From the NCBI GenBank assembly GCA_965223545.1, contig OZ245006.1:384001-448000 (forward strand): 64,000 bases of DNA, written 5' to 3'. Below, in pieces: positions 1 through 9,026 of this stretch (within the stretch, counting starts at the first letter, position 1; every line of letters starts with the position of its first letter). A model generated the notes under the pieces. It was not told the DNA's origin, ran no database searches, and worked only from the letters and a program-made list of their open reading frames with translations. The translations under genes were made by a program, and so were the position numbers. This stretch comes from Planctomycetota bacterium. Lineage in GTDB: Bacteria; Planctomycetota; UBA1135; UBA2386.

Positions 1-1364
1 AGGATGCCATCGACCTCGAAGTCGTTGGTGACCTGCCAGATCATCGGCTTGGTGCCGCGACCGATCACCGACACGCCTTCCGGAATGCGGACATTGCGGA
101 AGCGGAACACGCCGCCGGCGACGTTGAACGGAGGTGCGCCCTTCGGCGTGATCTGCGTGAAGTCGGTGTTGAGGAAGACCTGCGAGGCGGCCGGCTCGTA
201 GTCGAGGATCGTCGACGAACCGTCGAACTCGAACGCCGCCTTGACGAACCCGTTGCCGACCTCGGCGAACGGCTCGAGGAACGGAGCTTCGAAATCGATC
301 TGCTCCGAGTTCTGGTCGAACTGCGCCACGATGGCGTCGAACTGCGGCTCGTACGACTCCCGCGTGAAGATCTTGGCGAACTGCCGGCTGTACGAAGCGT
401 CGCCGACGTTCGACTCACCCGACATGTCCTCGAGCGTGTTCTCGACGATCACGCGGATCTCGGCGTTGTTGGGCAGCACACCCACCGGGAACAGCCGCAC
501 CTCCGAGCTGCTCAGCGTGTTCTCGGTCAAGCGCACGACCGCCGGAATCCACACCGAGCTGCCGACCAGGGGGTCGGGGTCGTCGTACTCGAGGAAGATC
601 CGTCCGCGCTGTCCCTCGACGCGCGCCAGCGGATCGGGGTCGAAGTCGACCGGCACGTTGCTGGTCGCCGGGTTCAGTGGCTGGTTGAACTGCAGCACGA
701 TCTGCACCAGCGCCTGGCCCGACTTGTTGAGCGCGGTGCCCGGGTTCGAGCCACCCGACGTGGTCGGCGTCACCGAGAAGCCGACGCGCCGCGGTCCGCC
801 CGCCAGGCGGTCGCGGAACAGCTCCGCCGGCGTGGTGCCGTTGGCCGTGCTGAACTGGAACGACTGCGGGATCGCCAGCGACTTGCCGCTGATGTCCTTC
901 AAGACGTTGTTGTTGCGCGCGTTGCCCCCGACCAGGTTGACCAGGTAGGTCCGGCCCGGCCGGAACCCACCGTTGGTGTAGGAGTTGTTGCTCGGAAACT
1001 GCGGCACGAACTCCAGGCGACGCCCGGGCTCGGTGTCGCCGGGCGAAGTCGCCAACCGGAACGAGCCGACCGGCTGCTCTGCCAGGGCGGTCCCCGCCGC
1101 GTCGAACACCTCGAACGCCACCGTGTTCAGGTTCGCGGTGGAGATGTCCACCCGATTGGTGAAGTCGATGGCGATCGGGTCGTTCAAGAACAGGCGCCCG
1201 TTGGGAGCCGGCTCGGTCCGCAAGACGATGAAGTCACCACCGGCGAGGGTGCTCGCCGTGTCGCTGCCGCTGGTGCAACCGGAAAAACCCAAGAAGGCGA
1301 CAGCGAGCGCCGCCGGCACGAGGCCGCCGCGGCGCGTGTTTTGGAAGGCAAAACTCATCATCAT
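1..1364 (-). CDS. Large secreted lipoprotein with Ig-like (Big_5-type) domains, runs off the window start
   Basis: Not in the ORF track because it is truncated. Manual translation gives MMMSFAFQNTRRGGLVPAALAVAFLGFSGC (lipobox) then LFLNDPIAIDFTNRVD, beta-rich, open to position 1. Start could be 1358, 1361, 1364 or 1367. Confidence 0.8.
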   Translation of the reverse strand, partial: MMMSFAFQNTRRGGLVPAALAVAFLGFSGCTSGSDTASTLAGGDFIVLRTEPAPNGRLFLNDPIAIDFTNRVDISTANLNTVAFEVFDAAGTALAEQPVGSFRLATSPGDTEPGRRLEFVPQFPSNNSYTNGGFRPGRTYLVNLVGGNARNNNVLKDISGKSLAIPQSFQFSTANGTTPAELFRDRLAGGPRRVGFSVTPTTSGGSNPGTALNKSGQALVQIVLQFNQPLNPATSNVPVDFDPDPLARVEGQRGRIFLEYDDPDPLVGSSVWIPAVVRLTENTLSSSEVRLFPVGVLPNNAEIRVIVENTLEDMSGESNVGDASYSRQFAKIFTRESYEPQFDAIVAQFDQNSEQIDFEAPFLEPFAEVGNGFVKAAFEFDGSSTILDYEPAASQVFLNTDFTQITPKGAPPFNVAGGVFRFRNVRIPEGVSVIGRGTKPMIWQVTNDFEVDGI

Positions 1365-1467
1365 CACGTCGTTGAGGGAACTCGGGGGCAGGGAGAGCAA
1401 GAGGGGGGTCGGGGAGCAGCGCCGGTCGGTTCGAGTTCGAACCTCGCGGCCCCTCCCGGCAAAGCAA

Positions 1468-4400
1468 CTAGCGATTCTCGAAGCGATAGGTCACCACGAA
1501 CGAATCGATGGTCGGGGTGATCGGCGGCGTCGCGGCGACGTTGTTCTCGAACACGAACCGCCAGTTGAAGTAGCGTACATCTTCCGGGAGGAAGCTCTCG
1601 CTGGGGGCTGCGAACTGGGTGGTGAAGGTGTCCAACATCAGGGCGTTCGGATCACCCACGTACTCGGTGATATGGCGGTTGTAGTAATACGTCCACCACT
1701 TCCGCGACTGCCCGCCGGTGTCCGGACGATCATCGAACTTCCGGATGTGGGCATCGCCGGCCTTGAGCGGGTCGAGCGGGAAGTTGGTCTCGTTCGGTTG
1801 CGGCATGTAGCCGTTCTGCGCGGCCTGCGCCGCCCACGGTTGCGGGTCGACGATGCCAGCGCCGCGGAACTCGGGCACCAACCGGGTGCCGCCCGGCAGC
1901 TGTGACAACGGCGGCTCGAAGTAGAAATCGAACGCCGGCAGCACGCCCTGCGGGCCAGCCACGTCGAAGTACGGCCCCATCCGCGGATCCGGAGGCGGCC
2001 AGCCCTGCGTGCGCTGGGGGTCCATTCGGTGTGGGTCGATGATGTCGACGAAACCGGCGGTCAGCACCGAGACGCGCTTGACGTAGTCGGCCATCATCCA
2101 GAACAGCGTGTTGTCGACGCTCCGGGTGCGCGCTCCGCCCGGAGTGAAGCCGCCCTTGGCGTTGATCCAGTCGGGCGAGCCGGGCGAAACCGTCACCGCC
2201 GAGCCCTGCACCAAGCCGCCGGCCGAGTAGGACCGGAACCCGGGCTGAGGACCGGAGGTCAACGCCAGCGACACCTGCCAACCGTTGGTACCAGCGGCGA
2301 GGAACGGGCCCTCGACCGGCAACAGCGGGTCATCGGGGTAGACCCAGAAGTCGGCCATCAGCGGCAGCGCGATCGACCCGACCAAACCACCGGTCTGGCT
2401 CTCGGCGTTGCGCGTCGAGCTGATCTGGAAGTTGCGCCGGTTGTCCCAGAACCCACTGTTGAACGCCGGCGAAACGACCGGCACGGGCGGCTGGCCGACC
2501 ATCGTGGTCCGCGTCGACGCGAAGCGGCCCTGGCCGCCCAAGAACGGCGACAGGACGTAGGGCGTGTAGTTGTTGGCGCGCCCGGTCTGGGTGTCGTAGC
2601 CCTGCCCGGAGTTGGCGCCCTGCAGCATCAGCCGCTCGTCGCGCCAGACGAAGTAGGGCTCCTCGAACTCGGGCAGCGGCAGGTAGCGGTAGACACCGTT
2701 CACCTCGGTGATCGCCTGGCTGGCCAGGATGGTCAGCTGCTGGTCGACGAACGCCGGCCAGGGCTGCTCGGCCTCTTCCTTGTTGTTGCCGGTGATGTCG
2801 GGGTTGTAGACGTAGTTGTCGGCGAAGGCCGTGCCGATGCCCGAGTTCTGCAGCGTCGGCAGCGCGCCGAACTGACCGACGCAGGGCTCCGGACGCTTCT
2901 CGGCGTGACCGAGGAACAGCGAGATGCGGTCGAACTCGTCGAACGACACCGCGGTGGTGATGAAGGGGCACCAGTAGATCTGCTCGACGTCGAGGTTGAA
3001 GTCGTTGGGATCGGACTTCGACAGGCTGACGTCGATCTCGCGCCACACCATCTGCAGCCGGCAACCGTTGGGGTTGAGCGGGTTCTGCAGCGGGCTGCCG
3101 AAGCGCGCCGTCGCGGTGCCCGCCACCGTCTGCTGCTCTCCCCCGATCGAGTACGGGCAGAAGTTGTTGTTCGAGTTCTCCTCCTGCGGCGGCGCGGGCT
3201 GCTGGTTGAGGTCGTCGACCGCCTGGCGGACACGCGTCGTCGGCCGCGCCGACAGGGTGCCATCCGAGAGGTAGACGACGGCGCCGAAAGCGTCGATCAA
3301 GTTGTGCGCCTTGGCGTTGTAACCCGCGCCACTCGGCACCTCGTCGGCGACGTAGTAGGACGGCTGCTCGTCTTCGTCGGGGTTCTCGAACCGCCGGGCA
3401 ATGGTGACCACGCGGTTGTCGGCGAACAGCGGTGAACCGCTCGTGCTCGAGCGCGTATCCAGGCTGAACGGGATGACCACGTTGGACTTGACCGAGACCT
3501 CGGACTGGAAGTCGAGCTCGTTGCCGGCCAAGTCCTTGATGCCGTCCGGTCCACCGACCAGGTGCAGGAAGTAGCGGAACTTCTTCTGCTCGAACGGGAC
3601 GCCCTCGTCCTCCTGCCGCATCTGGTCGTCGAGATAGAAGCCCTTGCTCGGCAGCAGGCGGATCGACGTCTGCGAGCCGTCCTCGTCGAACACCTGGGCG
3701 GCGACGAGGTGCGGGGTGACGAACTTGGCGTGGATGAACGCGCTCGGGTCGATCCCCTGCGCGACCTGGAACCCGGTGACCTCGGCCGGATCGAGCAAGT
3801 CCCGAGTGCCGAAGAAGAAGGTGTCGAGCGCCTTGACCGTGTTCATGTCGACCGGCTTCGTGAACCGCACGATGGCACCGGCGAACGGCGACACGTTCTC
3901 GTTGGGCTCACTCGGCGTGCCGTTGGCGAACGGCTGCGGCGCCGGCGTGAAGTTGACGAAGTAGCGCGGGTCGTCGCCGTAGGCGTTGCTCAGCGAGTCC
4001 AGCCGCTCGGCGGTGTACTCGGCGACCAGCACCAGCCGCGGCGCGTACTGCACCAGCCACTGCTCGCGCTGCTGCTGGTTGCTCGGGTAGGCCGGGATGC
4101 CCTGGTTCTGCTGCCAGAATAGGTTGCCGGCCGCCGGCGGATCGCTCGGATCCCACGCCGCGAACACGTCGAGCTCGCCACCGCCGGGCTGCGGGGCCAA
4201 GACGCGCCGCACCACCGCGCGCACGTGCTGCACGTTGGGGCGCTCGAAGTCGTCGACCGGGTCGATGGTGATCTCGGAGACGGCCGCCGGCACGCCGCTG
4301 TTGTCGACCATCAGGCGCACCGCGTCGCCGCGATCGAGCTCGTGCAGGGCGCCGCCCTTGTAGATCGTCACCACCTGGGTGAACTCGTCCACCGGCTCGA

Positions 4401-5430
4401 CGCTCTCGACGTACATCAGGATCTGGCCGGCGATGCGCGGCGGGATCGCGTCACGCAGAAAGCCCTGCGCGATGTCCGGCGTGTTGTCGTTCTTGTTGCC
4501 CGAGCGGAAGTCGCGAATCACCGCCTGCTGGCCGCTGAGGTTGTTGCCGTTGAGGTTGCCGGCACGGTCGGGGCGCAGCCCCGGAATCGCCAGCGGCCCC
4601 TCGAGCGCGATCGCGACGCGGATGTTGGCGCCGATCTGATCGGGCGACGCCGGCATGCCCGAAGCGCTGTTGCGCGTCTGGTACTGCAGGCCCTCGCTGC
4701 CGAGCAGCACCGGGTCGAGGATCAGCTGGTTGCCGCGCGGCACGTAGCGCGTCGCCACCTGCTCGAGCGATCCAGGCTGGTTCGGATCGCCACCGATCTC
4801 CAGCAGCTGCACGGCCTCGGTGTTCTTCAGCCCGACCACCTGACCGCTGCTGCCGCGCTCGACGAAGAAGCTCTCGTCGAGCGGCAGGTCCTGGGTGAAC
4901 GTCAACCGCAGGGCGGCGTCACGCGCCACCAAGGAGAACGGTTGGGTCGCCGTGTTCTGCCCGAACGAACCCGGCTGCACCAGGCGCAGCTCGTCGTCGA
5001 GCGCGTCGAACGCGGCGTCGAACTCGGCGCTGCCGATGACGCGGGTGATCAGCAGCCGCGGCGCCAACGTGTCCGGGTCCGAGCTCAGGAAGTCGTAGAG
5101 GATCTCCGAGTCCGGCTTGTTGGAGTTGCTCGACCGCTCGTCCTCGATGTCGGGCCCCACCATCACGTCGGCCAAGTACAGATCGACCGTGGTGCCGCCC
5201 GCCGACTGCCGCAGCCCGTAGACATCGACCAGCTTGCCGAACTCCATGGTCGCCAGCCGCAGGCTGTTGCCCGACACCCCCGGCACGTTCGACGCGCCAC
5301 CGCCACTGCCGCCGCAACCGACCAAACCCAGCGCCAGCATCGCCGCCGCCGGCCACGTGCAAAGCGACATCCCCGCCGCGCGGGGCCTGGCCGCCGGCTC
5401 TGGAGTGACTCGAGGCTGCGAAGTGGTCAC
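1468..5430 (-). CDS. Very large (~1320 aa) lipoprotein of unknown function with Ig-like segments
   Basis: 1336-aa ORF; GTG at 5430 preceded by AGGAG; lipobox LALGLVGC followed by a Gly/Ser linker; Big_5-like motifs VRFTKPVD and GIKDLAGN. Confidence 0.85.
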   Translation of the reverse strand: MTTSQPRVTPEPAARPRAAGMSLCTWPAAAMLALGLVGCGGSGGGASNVPGVSGNSLRLATMEFGKLVDVYGLRQSAGGTTVDLYLADVMVGPDIEDERSSNSNKPDSEILYDFLSSDPDTLAPRLLITRVIGSAEFDAAFDALDDELRLVQPGSFGQNTATQPFSLVARDAALRLTFTQDLPLDESFFVERGSSGQVVGLKNTEAVQLLEIGGDPNQPGSLEQVATRYVPRGNQLILDPVLLGSEGLQYQTRNSASGMPASPDQIGANIRVAIALEGPLAIPGLRPDRAGNLNGNNLSGQQAVIRDFRSGNKNDNTPDIAQGFLRDAIPPRIAGQILMYVESVEPVDEFTQVVTIYKGGALHELDRGDAVRLMVDNSGVPAAVSEITIDPVDDFERPNVQHVRAVVRRVLAPQPGGGELDVFAAWDPSDPPAAGNLFWQQNQGIPAYPSNQQQREQWLVQYAPRLVLVAEYTAERLDSLSNAYGDDPRYFVNFTPAPQPFANGTPSEPNENVSPFAGAIVRFTKPVDMNTVKALDTFFFGTRDLLDPAEVTGFQVAQGIDPSAFIHAKFVTPHLVAAQVFDEDGSQTSIRLLPSKGFYLDDQMRQEDEGVPFEQKKFRYFLHLVGGPDGIKDLAGNELDFQSEVSVKSNVVIPFSLDTRSSTSGSPLFADNRVVTIARRFENPDEDEQPSYYVADEVPSGAGYNAKAHNLIDAFGAVVYLSDGTLSARPTTRVRQAVDDLNQQPAPPQEENSNNNFCPYSIGGEQQTVAGTATARFGSPLQNPLNPNGCRLQMVWREIDVSLSKSDPNDFNLDVEQIYWCPFITTAVSFDEFDRISLFLGHAEKRPEPCVGQFGALPTLQNSGIGTAFADNYVYNPDITGNNKEEAEQPWPAFVDQQLTILASQAITEVNGVYRYLPLPEFEEPYFVWRDERLMLQGANSGQGYDTQTGRANNYTPYVLSPFLGGQGRFASTRTTMVGQPPVPVVSPAFNSGFWDNRRNFQISSTRNAESQTGGLVGSIALPLMADFWVYPDDPLLPVEGPFLAAGTNGWQVSLALTSGPQPGFRSYSAGGLVQGSAVTVSPGSPDWINAKGGFTPGGARTRSVDNTLFWMMADYVKRVSVLTAGFVDIIDPHRMDPQRTQGWPPPDPRMGPYFDVAGPQGVLPAFDFYFEPPLSQLPGGTRLVPEFRGAGIVDPQPWAAQAAQNGYMPQPNETNFPLDPLKAGDAHIRKFDDRPDTGGQSRKWWTYYYNRHITEYVGDPNALMLDTFTTQFAAPSESFLPEDVRYFNWRFVFENNVAATPPITPTIDSFVVTYRFENR

Positions 5431-5799
5431 GGGGTCTCCTGCCGTTGGAGCTGAGTGGTTGGGTTGGTGCTGAGGCATGCGAAAGAAACCTCCGACTCGG
5501 CCGCCCCACGCCCGGACCTAGACGCGGACAGCGACGACGAGAGGGTGCTTGCGAGGGTACCAGAGGGTTGTCCGGCTCCGCACAGCAACGCGCTGCAACG
5601 GCCGCGGAGGGCCGGCGCGGAATCCGTGACGGAGCTGGGCAATCACAACAATCATGCCATGACTCCGCCTCCGGTGCACGGTCTGTTAGCCCCTACTCAG
5701 CAAAGATTTAGCACCTTTGGCTTGGTCTGGTCGGCGCCGCCACCCGGCGCATTCGCGCGCTTCGGTGAGCGATACCGCTCGGCGGAACCCGCCGCGGCC

Positions 5800-7149
5800 T
5801 CACGCCTTGGAGCGAAACTGTGCCGCCAGAGCCTGCTCGGGGGATTCGAAGTAGACCCGCTGGGCAGGGCGGATCCGCTCCGCCGCCGGGTCTTCGTGCG
5901 GGTAGAAGATCCCGGCATCTCGGTCGCCGACGAAGCGCGCCACGAGCTCGCGCCCGCAGTAGGTGCAAACCAGCAGAGGAGGGTTCACTTCCTTCAGAAC
6001 GAAATCGGGGACGAGATAGCGGCGGCCCTCGCCGTGCGTCACGCAGCGATCGTTCTGGCAGCGCAGCACCGGACCGACCGGCGCTCGCTCCTGCGGCTTG
6101 GTCGGCGTCGGCGGCTGTGCCTCGAGCTCGATCGTGCCCAGCAGAAAGGCCATCAGCGCCATCCGAATCGGCACGCCGAGCTCCGCCTGGCGGAAGTACA
6201 CCGAGCGCGGGTCGCTGTCGATCTCGTAGTCGATCTCGTCGGTGCGCGGCAGTGGGTGCATGACGCGCGCGTCGCGCATCAACGACGAGCGCATCGAGGC
6301 CGACGACAGCCGCGGATAGCCCTCGGTCGACTCGCCGAGGTGACGCTCGCGCTGCGCGCGCGTCATGTAGATCGCGTCGATGCGATCCACCTGGTGCGGC
6401 GTCAAGTGGGTGAACAGCGCCAGCTGGTGGGGCTTGCTCGCGGTGAGGTAGGCGGCCGCCCCCTCCTGGCTGGCGATGCCCGGCAGGTCGCCGACCTCGG
6501 CGTGCTGCGCCTGGACCCCGAAGTCGCGCCGCAGCCGCTCGAGCACGAACTGAGGCATCTCGAACCCGGGGTACGGAATGGTGATGACGTTCGCCCGGAA
6601 CCGCGCCAGCGCGTAGGCAAAGGAGTGCACGGTGCGCGAGTAGCGCAGATCGCCGCAGAGCACGACCTCGAGCCCCTCGAGCTGCCCCTTCTCCTTCCAC
6701 AGCGTGTAGAGATCGCACAAGGTCTGCGTCGGGTGCTCGTGGGCGCCGTCGCCGCCGTTGATCACCGGCACGTGGGCGTAGCGCGCCGCGACCCGGGCGG
6801 CGCCGTCCTCGGGGTGACGTACGACGATGATGTCGGCGTAGCTGCCGCCCACGACCCGCACCGTGTCGGCCAACGACTCACCCTTCACCTGGCTCGACAT
6901 GGCGGGATCGGCGGTGGTGATCACGCCACCGCCGAGACGCAGCATCGCCGACTCGAAGCTGAGCCGCGTGCGGGTGCTCGGCTCGAAGAACAGCGTCGCC
7001 ATGATCGAGCCGCGGCAAAGCTGCGAGAAACCGCGCAGATCGTCGCGAAAGCGGTCGGCATGGCGAAACAGCTCGAGGATCTCGCCGGTGGAGAGATCGT
7101 CGATCGAGACCAGGTGCCGCTGCGGGTCGGTCATGCTGCCTGCGCTCAT
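5800..7149 (-). CDS. pyrB: Aspartate carbamoyltransferase catalytic chain with a C-terminal PyrI-like Zn domain
   Basis: Motifs FFEPSTRTRLSF, KGESLADT, HPTQTLCD, MHPLPR; tail CQNDRC...CTYC; ATG at 7149 overlaps the upstream stop (ATGA). Confidence 0.93.
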   Translation of the reverse strand: MSAGSMTDPQRHLVSIDDLSTGEILELFRHADRFRDDLRGFSQLCRGSIMATLFFEPSTRTRLSFESAMLRLGGGVITTADPAMSSQVKGESLADTVRVVGGSYADIIVVRHPEDGAARVAARYAHVPVINGGDGAHEHPTQTLCDLYTLWKEKGQLEGLEVVLCGDLRYSRTVHSFAYALARFRANVITIPYPGFEMPQFVLERLRRDFGVQAQHAEVGDLPGIASQEGAAAYLTASKPHQLALFTHLTPHQVDRIDAIYMTRAQRERHLGESTEGYPRLSSASMRSSLMRDARVMHPLPRTDEIDYEIDSDPRSVYFRQAELGVPIRMALMAFLLGTIELEAQPPTPTKPQERAPVGPVLRCQNDRCVTHGEGRRYLVPDFVLKEVNPPLLVCTYCGRELVARFVGDRDAGIFYPHEDPAAERIRPAQRVYFESPEQALAAQFRSKA

Positions 7150-8234
7150 TCTGGCGCACCACCGCCGTACAGAGAAGCGCGCAGTGCGCGCAAGTCGGCG
7201 CGCTGTGCGTCGTCGAGGGCGGCGGCGCCACCCACCGGTCCCGCCGCCGGCAGACGCCGGCGATGGCGCAGCCAGGCGCCGAGACGACCGCGCAGCGCCG
7301 CGTGCGCGGCGGGATCGATGCAGCAGGCCTCGAGGTCGGCCGGCGGCCACGGCCAGGCGGCCTGAGGCAGGTCGGTCTTGTTGCGGACCACGCAGGTGCG
7401 CGCGGTGCGCAAGTCCCCGTCGAGCGCACTCGGCCCCGCCGCCCCGTCGATCACCAGCACGCGCCACGCCCCCCGCCGGCGCTGCCGCCCACGGCGCAGC
7501 GCGACCCGATCGATGGCGTCGGCAGGAGACCCCGCGGCCGCGCCGGGTTCGCCGGCGGTGTCCACCACCTCGTAGGGGTAGCCGTCGAGCAGGACCACCT
7601 CGCCCACCGGGTCGCGGGTCAACCCCGGCAGCGGCCCGACCAGGGCCCGAGGGCGGCCGACCAAGGCGTTCAGCAGGCTCGACTTGCCCGCGTTCTGCCG
7701 GCCACAGAGCACCAGCGGACACGGCGTGAGCAACGCCCGCGCGATGGCGCTGCGCCGCGCCAGGGCGCGGGTCGCGCTGCGCCGGCGGCCCGGCTCCAGA
7801 GCCGCGATGCGGGCGCGCTCGACGGGCCACGACCACTGGCGCTGTTCGAGCGCCAGCCGCAGCTGGCCCTCGCCGCGCGCTGCCACCGCCGCGTCTTCCC
7901 CCGCGCCCAGCGGCAGCGGCGACAGCCAACCCTCCGGAGCCACGCGGTGCCCGGCGTGCTCGAGCCACTCGGCCAAACGCCGGACCAGCGCCGGGCTGCC
8001 GTGCAGGTGCAGCTCGAAGTGCCCGTCCGCCGCGCACACCAGGACCCGGTCGAGGCGCCGGCCGTCGAGCCACAGCCAGCCGCCGGCAATCGGCGCCCGG
8101 TCGGTGAGCGGGCCGCCATCGCGGCGGCGCACGATGCGACCCAGCACAGCCGCCGCGGACTCTCCATCGAGCACGACGACGGCGATGCCCCCGGGCGAGG
8201 GCGGCGTCGCCAACCACGCGCGCAGCGCGGTCAC
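7146..8234 (-). CDS. mnmE: MnmE/TrmE-like GTPase, shortened
   Basis: N-terminal ATPPSPGGIAVV and ELHLHGS; G motifs GRQNAGKSS, GLTRD, DTAG, NKTD; GTG overlaps the coaX stop. Confidence 0.7.
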   Translation of the reverse strand: MTALRAWLATPPSPGGIAVVVLDGESAAAVLGRIVRRRDGGPLTDRAPIAGGWLWLDGRRLDRVLVCAADGHFELHLHGSPALVRRLAEWLEHAGHRVAPEGWLSPLPLGAGEDAAVAARGEGQLRLALEQRQWSWPVERARIAALEPGRRRSATRALARRSAIARALLTPCPLVLCGRQNAGKSSLLNALVGRPRALVGPLPGLTRDPVGEVVLLDGYPYEVVDTAGEPGAAAGSPADAIDRVALRRGRQRRRGAWRVLVIDGAAGPSALDGDLRTARTCVVRNKTDLPQAAWPWPPADLEACCIDPAAHAALRGRLGAWLRHRRRLPAAGPVGGAAALDDAQRADLRALRASLYGGGAPE

Positions 8235-8989
8235 GGCCGGTCCGCCAACAGCGCCAGGCCGCGGTGCACCAAGTCCTCGACCAGCTCCACCGCCAGCACA
8301 CCGCGCCGCAGGTAGAGCGGCGCGTCGCCACCGGTGAGCAGAACCGGCGTGTCGGGCGGCAAGCCGGCGGCGTGCCGGACCTCCGCGACGAGGCGCTCGA
8401 CGGCACCGCAGAACGCCAGCTGGAGACCGGAGCGCACCGCCTCCTCGCTCGAGTTGGGCAGCGCGGCGCCGGCCACTTCGAGATCCGGGACGGGCAACCC
8501 GGGCGCCGCCCCGGCCAGCCCTGCGCGCATCGTGCGGGCCCCCGGAGCGATGCATCCACCGAGGAAGACCCCGGGCTCGGCGCCCGGCCCGGCGCCGGTG
8601 CGCGCCACGGCATCGACGGTCAACGCGGTGCCGGCGTCGACGACGATGGCGCGGGGATGCAGCGCGCACGCCGCGAACGCCGCCACCCACCGGTCCACGC
8701 CCAGGGCTTCGGCGGGCTCGTAGGTCAGGCGCAACGGACAGGGGAGATCGTCGCCCGCGATCGCGAGGGGCACGCCGTGCGAACGCAGCGCAGCGCCGAC
8801 GGCCGCCAGACCGTCCGCTACGACCGTGCACGCCACCGCCCGCGCGACACCGCCGGCCCCCGCCACCAAACGCAGCACACCATCGAGGTCATCGGGCGAC
8901 AGCCGCACGCGCTGCAGCCGCTCGGCGTCGTCGTGCACGCAGCAATCGAGCGTGCTGTTGCCGCGGTCCAGCGTGAGAAGGCCGGTCAC
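8231..8989 (-). CDS. coaX: Type III pantothenate kinase
   Basis: LDRGNS, LGVDRW, VVDAGTALTVD, GGCIAPG, LLTGGDA, LVHRGL. Confidence 0.9.
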   Translation of the reverse strand: MTGLLTLDRGNSTLDCCVHDDAERLQRVRLSPDDLDGVLRLVAGAGGVARAVACTVVADGLAAVGAALRSHGVPLAIAGDDLPCPLRLTYEPAEALGVDRWVAAFAACALHPRAIVVDAGTALTVDAVARTGAGPGAEPGVFLGGCIAPGARTMRAGLAGAAPGLPVPDLEVAGAALPNSSEEAVRSGLQLAFCGAVERLVAEVRHAAGLPPDTPVLLTGGDAPLYLRRGVLAVELVEDLVHRGLALLADRP

Positions 8990-9026
8990 CGCACGGCGCT
9001 CACGGCCTCCGCCCACCGCCACGCCC

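Noticed and set aside
7150..8613. N-terminal half of the 937-aa ORF as a giant PyrB fusion
   Set aside because: It is an Arg/Pro-rich off-frame reading over mnmE and coaX; the real start is about 7149.
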